Shown: positions 1 to 12,619, counted from the first letter of the whole stretch. The stretch: 63,863 nt of DNA, filler included, from Octopus bimaculoides (GCF_001194135.2; 6 parts of 5 records of this genome joined end to end with filler, not necessarily neighbours in it); one strand, 5' to 3'. Made by a program: numbers and translations. The notes: generated by a model not told the origin, from the sequence alone.

Positions 1-250
1 GTGTGAATATACATATACATACATACATAGCCTATATGTACACACAATCACACACATTCATAGTAACTATTTAAACACACGCACACTCCCATAAATACGA
101 GTGCGCATGTATGTGAATGTGTGAGTATGTGTGTATGTATGTATGAACGTATGTATGTATGTATGTATGTATGTATGTGTATGTATGTCTACATGAATTA
201 TGTATGTCTACATGAATTATGTATACACATACACACCTACACACATATAC
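1..250. repeat. (CA)/(TATG)n compound microsatellite
   Basis: Direct inspection; includes a 19-bp tandem duplication of gtatgtctacatgaattat. Confidence 0.95.
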
Positions 251-930
251 ACACAAAAGTCTAGCTATGCTAATGAAGCCAAAGGGCGTCTTTAAAACAA
301 ATATAGTTATTTTCCCTTAATTTTAGTCCGACCATCACGGTATTTTAAAATTCTTGAAATTATCTCCCTTTCTGATTTTATTTCCCTAACAATAATCGTG
401 ACGTTTGTCTTTCTTTCTTTAGCTATGAAGGACTATTGCGTACGGCACTACGTAATCCGACTTTATATCACTGGTACTTCTGAGTTACATAGTTTTAGTT
501 CTTTCTTTTTATATTACTATATTATGCAAATTACCTGTGGCCATATATGTACTAAACACATTACGTATATAATCATTCATATTTTGTTCAGAGACGGGAA
601 AGATTACGTTTTACTGATGAGGTCAAACCTAGACCGAAACACAGATATATGTATCCCTTGTCTCCGAAACAAAGGATTAGATTATTCTTTGTTCCTAAGG
701 ATGTTAAATAAATCATATTCTAAATCTTTAAAAAAAAGTTTTTGCCCTACTTATTCAGAATAATCAACTCTTCTCTTTCAATCGGCGACGGCTTTTGTTT
801 CCCTTCTCTGTCCCCCTAAGAAGCATTTTGATAAAATAACAATTCATCATGTACGGCATTTAGCTGATCGCTTTTGCGATGAAACCTCTTTTTTTTTACT
901 CCATGCGCGCGCGCGCGCGTATTTGAATAT

Positions 931-1205
931 CTGGAAATTTACCGATGACTTGGGAAGACATTTTGGAAGGACCACATGAAAACAAATGCTTAAAATATGG
1001 AGAACTCGATGAGGAATCTAAGGCACGAGATCAGCAGTAAAATGTACTTTCAATGGTGGTGGAATGTCGTGGTGGTTGTAGCTTGACCCATTGTGCTATT
1101 TGTCTGGCATTGGACTTGGAAGCAATAACGGATTAATGAATGACAAACTACATACAGAAGCTGATAACGCTTCATCACGAACGTGGTTTAGGTATGCGAG
1201 AGGAA
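931..1205 (+). mobile_element. 3' end of an RLE-type non-LTR retrotransposon (HERO/NeSL-like), decayed
   Basis: Manual translation gives LPMTWEDILEGPHENKCLKYGELDEESKARDQQ*NVLSMVVECRG, then LCYLSGIGLG...EADNASSRTWFRYAR. This resembles the RLE C-terminus pattern ELTVPWEDxIEEAHERKxxKYxELVEEC...VEVGCRG...AAExASxWxWxxR recalled from HERO-like elements. Stops and frameshifts present. Confidence 0.65.
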
Positions 1206-1268
1206 AGAACAAAACTGAGAGGATTCTACCTAACAACGATTGGGTTCAATGTACGTCTCAGTATAGAG

Positions 1269-1790
1269 CAGGGGCACCAATCTACAGCCCGCGGGCCGGA
1301 TCCAGCTCGCGAGGTCAGTTCATCCGGCCCGCAACCGCTCTGTGCCTTTTGTGTAAGTACCTGCATTTGCCTCTGGTATGGCATCAGTGTTTGGAACAAC
1401 TTCGTTTGTGAGCAAAATAATGTAGTATGTGAAGTCAGCACATCGAACAAGGTTGACTGATGAACATTTGAAAGCGATTCTCTTGGTTGGATGCAATAAT
1501 TCCAAAGCAAATATTGATGATATCTTCAAAGCTAAAAACCAGTTTCACAAATCTCACTAACCTTCTTACTGCTTAGTTTGTGAGATTCGGATATGTGCAT
1601 ACTGGGTGTGATATATTTATTTTATTTCTAACATCGCCTTCTTTTAATAACTTTTTGGTTAATAAAATATGTTGATTGTCTTTATATTTTGTGTATTCAC
1701 TGTATTGTATTAAAGAAAATGGTTATGCAGCCCGCTCTCGTCATTCTCTCAGTTATCTGGCTCACCGTGAAAAGAGTGTGGTGACCCCTG
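1269..1790 (+). mobile_element. Non-autonomous hAT (Charlie/SPIN/GTF2IRD2-like) element, 522 bp, carrying the transposase C-terminus
   Basis: Left end CAGGGGCACCA...GCCCGCGGGCCGGATCC; right end TGGTGACCCCTG. 8-bp flanks GTATAGAG / GTACAGAA (6/8, NTATAGAN-type TSD). Internal 1378-1560 translates ASVFGTT / IM*YVKSAHRTRLTDEHLKAILLVGCNNSKANIDDIFKAKNQFHKSH*, the hAT dimerisation-domain end. Confidence 0.9.
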
Positions 1791-2116
1791 GTACAGAAGG
1801 AAACTTAATAGTATGGGTTGGAGGTAGCTCTACCTGTTCTGGTAAGATGGTTGCATGGCCAACATGAAGAAAAGCAAAGGTGTTGCCATGGGAACTAATA
1901 GGACCTGAGACTTCCATATTGCCTGAGTTACAACTGCTTGATACTACTTGAACAAATCATACTGTAGGAAAATATCGAAATTGTGTTTTCTAGTCGACTG
2001 GTGATGATGGGCATCCCCGAACTTCAAGCAGTATCGAGAATATGAAACAGCAATATGCATACATAAAGCATACATCTTACAATATGAAAATACCTTTATG
2101 TATGTATGTATGTATG

Positions 2117-2149
<33 letters not shown>

Positions 2150-2716
2150 GTGTGTATGTGTATGCGTGTGCGTGCGTGCATGTATGTGTGTATGCATGAT
2201 GGTTGTGTTATCAAGTAGCTTTTTTTATATACAGTCTTTTTATATAGTTTTGTTTCGTTTATGCTGTAATGGCTCCTTGTTATAAATGCATCGTCAATCG
2301 ACGAGAAAGTGTTGTAGATGTTTGTCCGATTTAACGTTTTGGCTAGAATTTCCATGTTTTATTGCTGGCATGATTGTGGTTTCGTGTCGGGGAGATTCTA
2401 ATGTCTTTGTACTGTATTTTGCTACTAGTTCGCAAAACATGCAAGTTTTTTCTCTACATCTATCAATCTAATCTATCTATCATTATATGTGTGTGTGTCT
2501 GTCTGTCTTCTGCCTGTCTTTCTCCCTGTTCCACTCTGTAAATCGTCTCAGTGTGTTTCTATATTTCTCACTCTCTCTTTCTTCTGTACCAATTTCTTTA
2601 TCTTCTCACTTTTCTCCTTTTCACTCTCTTTCTATCTTAATTTTTCTCTATCATATTCATAAAATATTTTTGTTTAACTCACACATCCACGATCCTTCTT
2701 CCCTTCTGTATGTCTG

Positions 2717-2790
<74 letters not shown>

Positions 2791-3721
2791 NNNNNNNNNN
2801 NNNNNNNNNNNNNNNNNNNNNNNNNNNNNNNNNNNNNNNNNNNNNNNNNNNNNNNNNNNNNNNNNNNNNNNNNNNNNNNNNNNNNNNNNNNNNNNNNNNN
2901 NNNNNNNNNNNNNNNNNNNNNNNNNNNNNNNNNNNNNNNNNNNNNNNNNNNNNNNNNNNNNNNNNNNNNNNNNNNNNNNNNNNNNNNNNNNNNNNNNNNN
3001 NNNNNNNNNNNNNNNNNNNNNNNNNNNNNNNNNNNNNNNNNNNNNNNNNNNNNNNNNNNNNNNNNNNNNNNNNNNNNNNNNNNNNNNNNNNNNNNNNNNN
3101 NNNNNNNNNNNNNNNNNNNNNNNNNNNNNNNNNNNNNNNNNNNNNNNNNNNNNNNNNNNNNNNNNNNNNNNNNNNNNNNNNNNNNNNNNNNNNNNNNNNN
3201 NNNNNNNNNNNNNNNNNNNNNNNNNNNNNNNNNNNNNNNNNNNNNNNNNNNNNNNNNNNNNNNNNNNNNNNNNNNNNNNNNNNNNNNNNNNNNNNNNNNN
3301 NNNNNNNNNNNNNNNNNNNNNNNNNNNNNNNNNNNNNNNNNNNNNNNNNNNNNNNNNNNNNNNNNNNNNNNNNNNNNNNNNNNNNNNNNNNNNNNNNNNN
3401 NNNNNNNNNNNNNNNNNNNNNNNNNNNNNNNNNNNNNNNNNNNNNNNNNNNNNNNNNNNNNNNNNNNNNNNNNNNNNNNNNNNNNNNNNNNNNNNNNNNN
3501 NNNNNNNNNNNNNNNNNNNNNNNNNNNNNNNNNNNNNNNNNNNNNNNNNNNNNNNNNNNNNNNNNNNNNNNNNNNNNNNNNNNNNNNNNNNNACCACCAC
3601 CATAAATGACAAACCCCCTCATTGGCTCATAAAAAAGAAAAACAGCGACAACAAAGTCACTACGGCACATAAACACCGCATATAGACATATACACACCTA
3701 CAGATAATCACATATGTGGAT

Positions 3722-3752
<31 letters not shown>

Positions 3753-4022
3753 TATACATATGCATACATTGTCGTTCACTGCTGTGCATAAGCAAAGAAA
3801 TACACAAACACTAATATAAACACTGCACACATACAAACACACACACACACACAAGTAACACAGCACATGTATACATACAAATACAGTATATATTTTGAAG
3901 TGTATGTTGAAATCTACTTCTGTATATACATATACATGCATACATATGTATACACTATATATATATATATATATATATATANNNNNNNNNNNNNNNNNNN
4001 NNNNNNNNNNNNNNNNNNNNNN

Positions 4023-5215
4023 TCAACTGTGGTTTATATTTTTTAATCTGTATGTTTTCCTTATTTAGACGGAATTGGATTGAAGTGTTTCCAGTGCATT
4101 GATAGAGAAGGAAGATTTGGTATTTAGGGTTTATGTTTAGGGGGCATTGGTCTAGGTGCTTGCTTACGGGAATTTTCCTAGTGGTGGGGTCCCGGATTTA
4201 TTGCCTGTGCACTGTAAGTCTATCCCTCAAACTTAAGCTGGTTTGACCAATGTAGTCACCACCACTTCAACGATGAATTCTTTTCCGATTCTGTCAGGAA
4301 TGTCATTTGGGAATTTTTCCAACCAGTATTGTATGGCTATTATTCCGTATTCGCGAGGAATGGAGGTTTAGAGGTTTATTACATCGAATGAAACCAGGAG
4401 GGAGTCTTTGCTGGTTTTGTGCAGGAGATGATTTTAAAAGTCTAGATCATCCCGTATAAAGCTCAGTATATGTTGGAGAATAGGTTTAAGGAGGACGTGA
4501 ATAAAGTTACTGAGTCTGTGTGTCTCACAATTGGTCTCATTTTGAGATCTTTCGGGTGTGGAATATTTATGACTATAGAAGCTGACTTGTTACAGGCTTC
4601 GTTTATGGTCTTACTTTTGTGGATTTTGGGAAGTCCATAGAAATTATTGGTTTTGTAGTCAAATCTAGTCAAGTAATCTGTTTCCTTTTTTGTTAAACCT
4701 TGTTGGAACTGGTGGATAAGTGTAGACAGTTTGGTCATTATCTTAGACTGACTGTAGCTGTTGATCTTTTTCATAGTAGGTATTGTCTTGAAGGAGGGTT
4801 AGGGTTAGGGTTAGGGTTAGGGTTAGGGTTAGGGTAGTATATATGTATTTTTCTGAGTCCATGATTACTACAGTAATCCCTTTGTTGGCTTCTTTTATAA
4901 TTATGTTGTCATCGTGCTTGGGATTATTAATGATTTCCCATTCATTTCTACTTGTATTTATTTTAAATTTTCGGGGTGGGAGTAAATTGTAAGGGAAACT
5001 GGAAATCAAATCACAAAAGTTATCCAGAGTTTGATTTCTTCTTTTTGTCGGGCAGTAGTTACTTTTATTGTGAAAGATTGATTGATCATTATTATCTTTA
5101 TCCAGTAGTTCTTCAGTGATGTAAACTTTTCTGCAGAATTCTTGGATATCATTTTGTATATTATTTAGGTTCGACCTTTGTGGTGTTGGGGTGAACTTCA
5201 ATCCCTTTGCAAGAA
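4023..5215 (-). mobile_element. Penelope-like element (RT + GIY-YIG), internally deleted
   Basis: Motifs LAKGLKFTPTP, NIIIKEANKGITVVIMD, NFYGLPKIHK...MRPIV, LLVSFDV, EYGIIAIQYWLEKFP, joined at about 4265 directly to GGDYIGQTSLSLRDRLTVHRQ*IRDPTTRKIPVSKHLDQC (GIY-YIG endonuclease). Frameshifts and stops. Confidence 0.92.
4795..4835 (+). repeat. (TTAGGG)6 telomere-type tract inside the PLE ORF
   Basis: AGGGTT x6 + AGGGT; reads TLTLTL... in frame on the minus strand. Confidence 0.97.
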
Positions 5216-5725
5216 TTTTGATTTCCTGGTTCGAAACTACAGCACAGAAGACGAACCTCGTTCTGGAAGTTCAGTAGAGCTCGACGAGGACGTCCTACAA
5301 ACCTTGTGGAACAAACGTCATCGTAACTGTTGAGAAACTAGCAGAGAAGTTTGGATTTGGTCATTCAAACATTCCCTCCATACCTGCGCTAGAAGAAAAA
5401 CGACCATCTTTGGTTTCAAGACGAAAGGTGTTTTTCCATTAGGATAATGCTTGGCCACATACAACGAGGATGACATTCCAAAAGCTGGAGCAGTTTGGAT
5501 GGGAAATGATGCTCCACCCAACATATTCGCCGGACATTGCCCCAACTGATAATCATTTATTCTCCAGTCTTCAGAGTCATTTAGACAGAAAAAACATGAA
5601 TTTTGTAGACAAGGTTAGAACAGTACTGGAGGAGCATTTTTCGTCTGGAACAACTAAATTTTGGAAGAGGGGTCTTGCAAGTCTACCAGATAGGTGGAAG
5701 AGCATACTAGAAAATGAAGGAGAGT
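5216..5725 (+). mobile_element. mariner (Tc1/mariner) transposase remnant, internally deleted, runs into a gap
   Basis: HTH part EDEPRSGSSVELDEDVLQTL...VEKLAEKFGFGHS; catalytic part EEKRPSLVSRRKVFFH*DNAWPH...GWEMMLHPTYSPDIAPTDNHLFSSLQ (HPPYSPDLAPSD motif) ...GLASLPDRWKSILENEGE. Confidence 0.93.
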
Positions 5726-6844
5726 NNNNNNNNNNNNNNNNNNNNNNNNNNNNNNNNNNNNNNNNNNNNNNNNNNNNNNNNNNNNNNNNNNNNNNNNNNN
5801 NNNNNNNNNNNNNNNNNNNNNNNNNNNNNNNNNNNNNNNNNNNNNNNNNNNNNNNNNNNNNNNNNNNNNNNNNNNNNNNNNNNNNNNNNNNNNNNNNNNN
5901 NNNNNNNNNNNNNNNNNNNNNNNNNNNNNNNNNNNNNNNNNNNNNNNNNNNNNNNNNNNNNNNNNNNNNNNNNNNNNNNNNNNNNNNNNNNNNNNNNNNN
6001 NNNNNNNNNNNNNNNNNNNNNNNNNNNNNNNNNNNNNNNNNNNNNNNNNNNNNNNNNNNNNNNNNNNNNNNNNNNNNNNNNNNNNNNNNNNNNNNNNNNN
6101 NNNNNNNNNNNNNNNNNNNNNNNNNNNNNNNNNNNNNNNNNNNNNNNNNNNNNNNNNNNNNNNNNNNNNNNNNNNNNNNNNNNNNNNNNNNNNNNNNNNN
6201 NNNNNNNNNNNNNNNNNNNNNNNNNNNNNNNNNNNNNNNNNNNNNNNNNNNNNNNNNNNNNNNNNNNNNNNNNNNNNNNNNNNNNNNNNNNNNNNNNNNN
6301 NNNNNNNNNNNNNNNNNNNNNNNNNNNNNNNNNNNNNNNNNNNNNNNNNNNNNNNNNNNNNNNNNNNNNNNNNNNNNNNNNNNNNNNNNNNNNNNNNNNN
6401 NNNNNNNNNNNNNNNNNNNNNNNNNNNNNNNNNNNNNNNNNNNNNNNNNNNNNNNNNNNNNNNNNNNNNNNNNNNNNNNNNNNNNNNNNNNNNNNNNNNN
6501 NNNNNNNNNNNNNNNNNNNNNNNNNNNNNNNNNNNNNNNNNNNNNNNNNNNNNNNNNNNNNNNNNNNNNNNNNNNNNNNNNNNNNNNNNNNNNNNNNNNN
6601 NNNNNNNNNNNNNNNNNNNNNNNNNNNNNNNNNNNNNNNNNNNNNNNNNNATATATACATAAGTATATATACATACATACATTCATTCAGACAGACAGGC
6701 AAATTGATAGATAGATAGATAATGCATGTATGAATAAATTTATATATATATATATATTATAATATAATATAATATGATATAAATAATATATAGACATATG
6801 TATATATCCATATATATATGTACATACCTACATCTATATGTATA

Positions 6845-7390
6845 CATACATGCATATATGGGTACAGGACATCACAAAAAAAAAAAAAACGTTAAACACA
6901 ATGAGAAACGAAAACATAAAGACGAAAACAGAAAACGAACTTTTTTCGAACAACGAAAAAAGACAAACAGAGAAACGAGGCATGCAACATAAAGAGTATA
7001 ACCCTTCGTCAGTTATCCCGCGTTTCGAAGGCAAGGACAATACGCGACTTCGTTGGAACAGTCCTCTCCGCATATGGTATTTTAATGGTTGACATCTTAA
7101 ATTTTGTGGCGTGCCTGCAGGAATTTAAGAGCTTGCGTCTCTGGCTCAAAGCGTGTTTATGCTGGTACAAGATGAAGAACTTCTCAGAAACTCCATGTCC
7201 GTATGCTGATGCTTTTTCAAGAATTTTCCAGGTTACAATAAAAGGACGGGTGTCATTCTTTTTTAATTCCCAGACAAGCTTTGCAAGACTTGTCGCTGTC
7301 CTGTTCTCCTGTCCAAACGTTGTTGGTTACTTTCAAGCGTCGTATGCAGCACTCTCTGCCCCTATCCAATTCCCCGCTTTCTCTCGCTAG
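6845..7390 (-). mobile_element. PLE 3' fragment: GIY-YIG C-terminus plus 3' tail (second PLE lineage)
   Basis: Translates ATSLAKLVWELKKNDTRPFIVTWKILEKASAYGHG(deleted CxLC)VSEKFFILYQHKHALSQRRKLLNSCRHATKF. This matches the W..LK...I.W.I...A..Y...EK..I...LN.R.EL...CRH pattern of PLE endonucleases. Followed by tail AACTGACGAAGGG...TGTCCTGTACCCATATATGC. Confidence 0.8.
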
Positions 7391-8724
7391 TTCTCTGTTT
7401 CTCTTTCTTTTATTTTCTTTTTCTTCTTCCCCACTGTTTTCTTCCTCTTCCCCATACATAGTATTTTCTGATTTCTCCTCTTTCTTTCACCTATAACAAT
7501 TAACTTCTATAAGCATACGCCAGGAGATNNNNNNNNNNNNNNNNNNNNNNNNNNNNNNNNNNNNNNNNNNNNNNNNNNNNNNNNNNNNNNNNNNNNNNNN
7601 NNNNNNNNNNNNNNNNNNNNNNNNNNNNNNNNNNNNNNNNNNNNNNNNNNNNNNNNNNNNNNNNNNNNNNNNNNNNNNNNNNNNNNNNNNNNNNNNNNNN
7701 NNNNNNNNNNNNNNNNNNNNNNNNNNNNNNNNNNNNNNNNNNNNNNNNNNNNNNNNNNNNNNNNNNNNNNNNNNNNNNNNNNNNNNNNNNNNNNNNNNNN
7801 NNNNNNNNNNNNNNNNNNNNNNNNNNNNNNNNNNNNNNNNNNNNNNNNNNNNNNNNNNNNNNNNNNNNNNNNNNNNNNNNNNNNNNNNNNNNNNNNNNNN
7901 NNNNNNNNNNNNNNNNNNNNNNNNNNNNNNNNNNNNNNNNNNNNNNNNNNNNNNNNNNNNNNNNNNNNNNNNNNNNNNNNNNNNNNNNNNNNNNNNNNNN
8001 NNNNNNNNNNNNNNNNNNNNNNNNNNNNNNNNNNNNNNNNNNNNNNNNNNNNNNNNNNNNNNNNNNNNNNNNNNNNNNNNNNNNNNNNNNNNNNNNTGTG
8101 TGTGTGTGTGTGTGTGTGTATTGTTTTAGCTACGTCATGACATAAATTATTATAGTACAGATACAATACTTTCACACAAGTCGCTCGTTGGTTGACAAGC
8201 TGAACTGGCGAGCCGGTTATTAGTCACAGTATATTGGCCTAAAAATATTGATAAAACGAAAACAAAAATACTAAGCACAATATTATCGTTTTCCACCCTA
8301 CATTACTCTAACAGTAAAATAAATAAATAAATAAATAAATAAATAAGTAAATAAATAAATAACATTGATCTCTACCTGTCGACTCTTCTATAAAAACTTC
8401 CTGGTGATTTAAATTCTAAAATATCGAGTCACTGCAAACGTCATTTATCACGTGACACAAAGCTAAGCCGTCATTTTCCTGACGTCTTCATGTTCAATGT
8501 GGATTGCCGACACTCATCCAGATTATCATTAAACCGGATATCGGTGTGAAATCACGATTCTTGTAGTATTTTGGCGTCGTGTTTACTTTAGCAGCTTAGG
8601 TTTGGAAGGAGAAGCAGATAGGGAACATGACGCTTCTTACATATCGATATCTATGTGTGTGTGTGTTTCTGCGTGTTTATCGATGTGTATAGATATATGC
8701 ACATGGATATATAGATAATCTGTG

Positions 8725-8807
<83 letters not shown>

Positions 8808-8851
8808 GTATACATAGAGGTTAGATAGATAGATAGATAGATAGATAGATA

Positions 8852-8975
8852 TATTCCGTCGGTTTCGACGATGCCTATTTCATTTGTTCAAATAAGCAAA
8901 GTATCCTCATCTTTGAATTATAAATCTAAGTGGCTGAATATTCCTGAGACGCTTTTACATTTAATGTATTCTTCA
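8852..8975 (-). mobile_element. Probable PLE terminal-repeat fragment with a degenerate hammerhead-like motif
   Basis: Minus strand ATTC-A-AAGATGA-GGAT...ATC-GTC-GAAAC-CGACG-GAAT; partial core and stems only. Confidence 0.35.
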
Positions 8976-9411
8976 TACAGAATTAATATGATAGTGTGAT
9001 AGAAATCTGACCTTATCCACCCACCCATCCCCGCTTGTATTATGGATGCAGTCAGTCCAAAGGCGTTTTCGCAGTTCCATTTCCAGGGAGAAAGAATCAT
9101 GGATCTCAAGTATGTTCAGCAAGTTTCTCCACCATTTTGCGATACCTGTATCATCCTACCATAATTCATTGACAGGTGATGATCAATGTTGACCGTTGAT
9201 GGTCAGCGTTGATCGTTGATGGTCAATTTTTACAGACTATATAAAAACAACCCCAAATCTTACTCTTTATTTCAATTCATGACAGTGGAATTTGTAGATG
9301 GTTTCTCAACATGCTGGAAATAGTAACCAAATCCCCCTTAAATCCTACCTTGTTACAAACACCGGGAGTGAATCATCAGTCTGAGATAGGCGTGATTACT
9401 TGTTCTACATC

Positions 9412-9593
9412 TTATTTCTTTATTGCCCACAAGGGGCTAAACATAGAGGGGACAAACAAGGACAGACAAAGGGATTAAGTCGATTACATCGACCCCAGTG
9501 CGTAACTGGTACTTAATTTATCGACACCGAAAAGATGAAATGTAAAGTCGACCTCGGCGAAATTTGAACTCACAACGTAGCGGCAGACGAAAT
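9412..9593 (-). mobile_element. tRNA-derived SINE family A (head lost in gap)
   Basis: Box-B-like GAGTTCAAATT, central GTCGACTTT...CATCTTTTCGGTGTCGATAAATTAAGTACCAG and tail GCCCCTTGTGGGCAATAAAGAAATAAG; many homologues in the window. Confidence 0.85.
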
Positions 9594-9783
9594 NNNNNNN
9601 NNNNNNNNNNNNNNNNNNNNNNNNNNNNNNNNNNNNNNNNNNNNNNNNNNNNNNNNNNNNNNNNNNNNNNNNNNNNNNNNNNNNNNNNNNNNNNNNNNNN
9701 NNNNNNNNNNNNNNNNNNNNNNNNNNNNNNNNNNNNNNNNNNNNNNNNNNNNNNNNNNNNNNNNNNNNNNNNNNNNNNNNNNN

Positions 9784-9815
<32 letters not shown>

Positions 9816-9919
9816 CACACACACAAACGCGCACATATTTTATTATTGTTGTTGTTGTTATTTAAAATATTTTGTAGCGGTCACATGCAACTTAAGGTTT
9901 CGTAAACTCCTTACAAACC

Positions 9920-10090
9920 CTAGCTAGTCAGGTTCGACAGGCTTCTACACATTTTCCGTCAACCAAATTCCATTCACAAAGCATTGGCCGGTCTTTAATA
10001 GAACACACTTGTCCAAGATGTCTTGTACCTGAGATAGAACCCGGAGTCATAGGGTTACGTAACCAACTTCTTAACCACACCAACTCGCTT
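9920..10090 (-). mobile_element. Diverged SINE family B head
   Basis: Similar to the 22181 copy: GGTTAAGAAG..., CCGGGTTC, CTTGGACAAGTGT, TTTGTGAATGGAATTTGGTTGACGGAAA. Confidence 0.6.
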
Positions 10091-11031
10091 GGGCTTCATT
10101 AAGGAAACTTCTAATTAACGATGGTTAAACTGTGGTGTCTCATCTCTTATTCAGACCCAATCAATCTAGGGCTACATTATTCAATATATCCTGTTGTTTA
10201 AGTCACTAAATGAAGACTGAATGGGTTTCTTTTCCCCTATTTTCACTAAGTGACGTGACCGTGTTGAGGGTTCCCTGTTCCCATGTTTCCTCGGTTGACA
10301 TCGACACATTGTAGTCTACGTTAGAAATTCCATCATACTAACTGAAAAGCAACACGTTTATGACTCTCTCTCTTCCTCTTTCTCTTCTTCTCACTTTTCC
10401 TGTTTCTCCTATTTGTCTCTCTTATTCTCTTTCTCTGTTCCTGTCTTTCTCGTTCTCACACTCTTTCATTCTCTCTTTCTTTTTCTCTCTCTCACTCTCT
10501 CACTCTTTCTCTTTCTCTCTCTCTCCTTGTCATAGTCTCTCTCACATTCTTCCTCTCTCTGCCTCTCTCTCTCTTCACACCCCTCTCTCTCTTCACCCCC
10601 TCTCTCTCTCGCTCTCTCTTACTCCCTCTCCCTCTCTGTCGACCATATACAGACAAGCCGATAAGGCAATGTATGTCCTTAAGTCCACATACACACACAC
10701 ACACACACCTTCCCAACCACCCCATTCCATTTAAGGCTAGATTACATATCAAACTGGAGTGTTAAGTAGTAAGTACCAGGTGTCCTGGTTTGCTCTGTGT
10801 ATGCATGTTCTTCCATGTGTCAGCGTTCACTTCCGGTTAACTCTGTTCTATTTTATCTTATTTTATTTATTTTATTTTTTTCTTTCTCCGGCTTCAGAAT
10901 AATTTATTCAGAAGATGTTGTTTCTGCTTTCTCCATCATTTTTAACAACAACAATAGCAATCATGAAATTAATGAGAAAAACATTGGATCTTAAAATGAT
11001 GCTTTGCAATACAGTTTCTTCCCCCCCCTCC

Positions 11032-11070
<39 letters not shown>

Positions 11071-11853
11071 TTGTGTATGTGTTCCTGCTTGTCTGTCTGT
11101 CTGTCTGTCTGTCTGTATGCATGTATGTATATTTCGCATCCATATGCCTGATAAAACTCTGCAAATGCACCTGGAAAGTCTCTCTGCAATCTGTGTTGTC
11201 AGCGAACAGTCCAGGCCTGAATAAGACTGTATGGAAGACCAGCAGTTAGCCACACCAGTCTCTCTCCAAGGTAAAGGCTGATTCTATCTTGGTACCAGTG
11301 TTGTAACGTCAATTGTAGGAATTAGCTAAAGGTAATGTCAGACTGTCTTCAAGACACCACCGCTCCAGACTTGTCGATTACATCGATCCCAATACGTGAT
11401 TGGTACCAGTGTAGCTTTTTCTTTTTTTCTTTTCTTTTTTCTTTTTGATCCTGGAAAAATGGACAAATTTAACCTAAATCCTGGACAAATCTAACCTAAA
11501 CAGGATTTAATCTCGCTTAATTTTGTCACTCGCCGGGCGGAATTGCTTTACATGAAGACCATCAGCTCATTCTTAAGGGATTTTATGGCAATTTTATAAA
11601 TAATTTTATTTTTATTTATTTATTCATTGTAATTTTTGTTATTTCCATTCGGATCGCAAATGTTACTTTTTAACGTACCTAACTTTTTACCTCTCTTTAC
11701 ATAGATTCGGTGCTACAAATTGGTTCCAGTCATCTTTCTATCTGGCCTGGGTCACTTGCAACACCCGGTTGGGTTCTTGTCCACACACATTTCTATATGA
11801 TTCTTCTGCGGGTTTCTTGCAGCATTATGTGTGCGCGCGCGTGCGCGCGTGTT

Positions 11854-11891
<38 letters not shown>

Positions 11892-11999
11892 ATGATAGGT
11901 GTCGACCCATTACTGAAGTATAACTTTTCTCAAACCCTACACTGACAAAGTACGTTTATAAGGGCACCAAGCTAGTGAAAAACTGGCACCACACAAATT

Positions 12000-12465
12000 C
12001 GCAAGTAGTATAGAGTTAAATATTTACAGTTTAAAACTAGTGGAAAATGGTTAGAGATAGATACTCTAAAATAGTTTTTGTGGCTGAAATGACTCTTTAG
12101 TCCAGCAAGAGATCTACAAATTTTTCCACACAGACGACGTGAAAACGTTTGATTTCCATGTGAAGGCTGCTGCAATTAGATATTCTGACATTTCATGTGC
12201 CTTGTCAATCCGGATTTACTTCTACAAATCTTATCACAAACAGAGCAAGATAACTCACCAGATTGTAACTGTGAAACGTTAGTAGAGGGCCTAAATAAGT
12301 GCTTCCGCTTATGACTAACTAGTCCAGCCTTGCAGGAATCATAATTTAGAAGAGAAGGATCACTGGCCACAAGCGAACCCTTTCCTGCTTCACTTTCCAT
12401 CAATGTGTTTCTACTTGTTATCTTCAAACAAGATCTTTGTTGATTTGACTGCAACCCCTTCAAAT
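12000..12465 (-). mobile_element. 3' end of an RTE-type LINE with C-terminal C2H2 zinc fingers
   Basis: CSVCDKICRSKSGLTRHMKC and LCGKICRSLAGLKSH fingers in different frames, plus AGLVSHKRKH; typical RTE ORF terminus, disrupted. Confidence 0.7.
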
Positions 12466-12467
12466 AT

Positions 12468-12605
12468 TATGTTTAAGGCGCAGTTGAGCGAAAGACCAAC
12501 AAAACTCCTTTTAACATCAAAGATGAACTGAAAGTAAGGATTATAGCGGCATTCACCAACTTAAACAAGGAGACCGTCCATAAAAGTGGCAGGAGATTCC
12601 GGAGA
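12468..12605 (+). mobile_element. Tc1-like transposase C-terminal fragment
   Basis: Translates (GA)VERKTNKTPFNIKDELKVRIIAAFTNLNKETVHKSGRRFR, the post-DDE helix of Tc1/mariner transposases. Confidence 0.7.
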
Positions 12606-12619
12606 TTATATATATATAG

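Noticed and set aside
6990-7060. Hammerhead at the PLE tail (CTGACGA at about 7006-7012, GAAACGCG at about 7020-7027; CTGATGA at 12655)
   Set aside because: Core elements are in the wrong order for type I and I could not build stems I and III; may be a decayed motif.
8990-9155. Minus-strand frame DDTGIAKWWRNLLNILEIHDSFSLEMELRKRLWTDCIH...
   Set aside because: Weak acceptor, no recognisable homology, and length within chance expectation.
12000-12300. Host C2H2 zinc-finger gene
   Set aside because: Fingers lack TGEKP linkers, are frameshifted and match RTE LINE C-terminal fingers.
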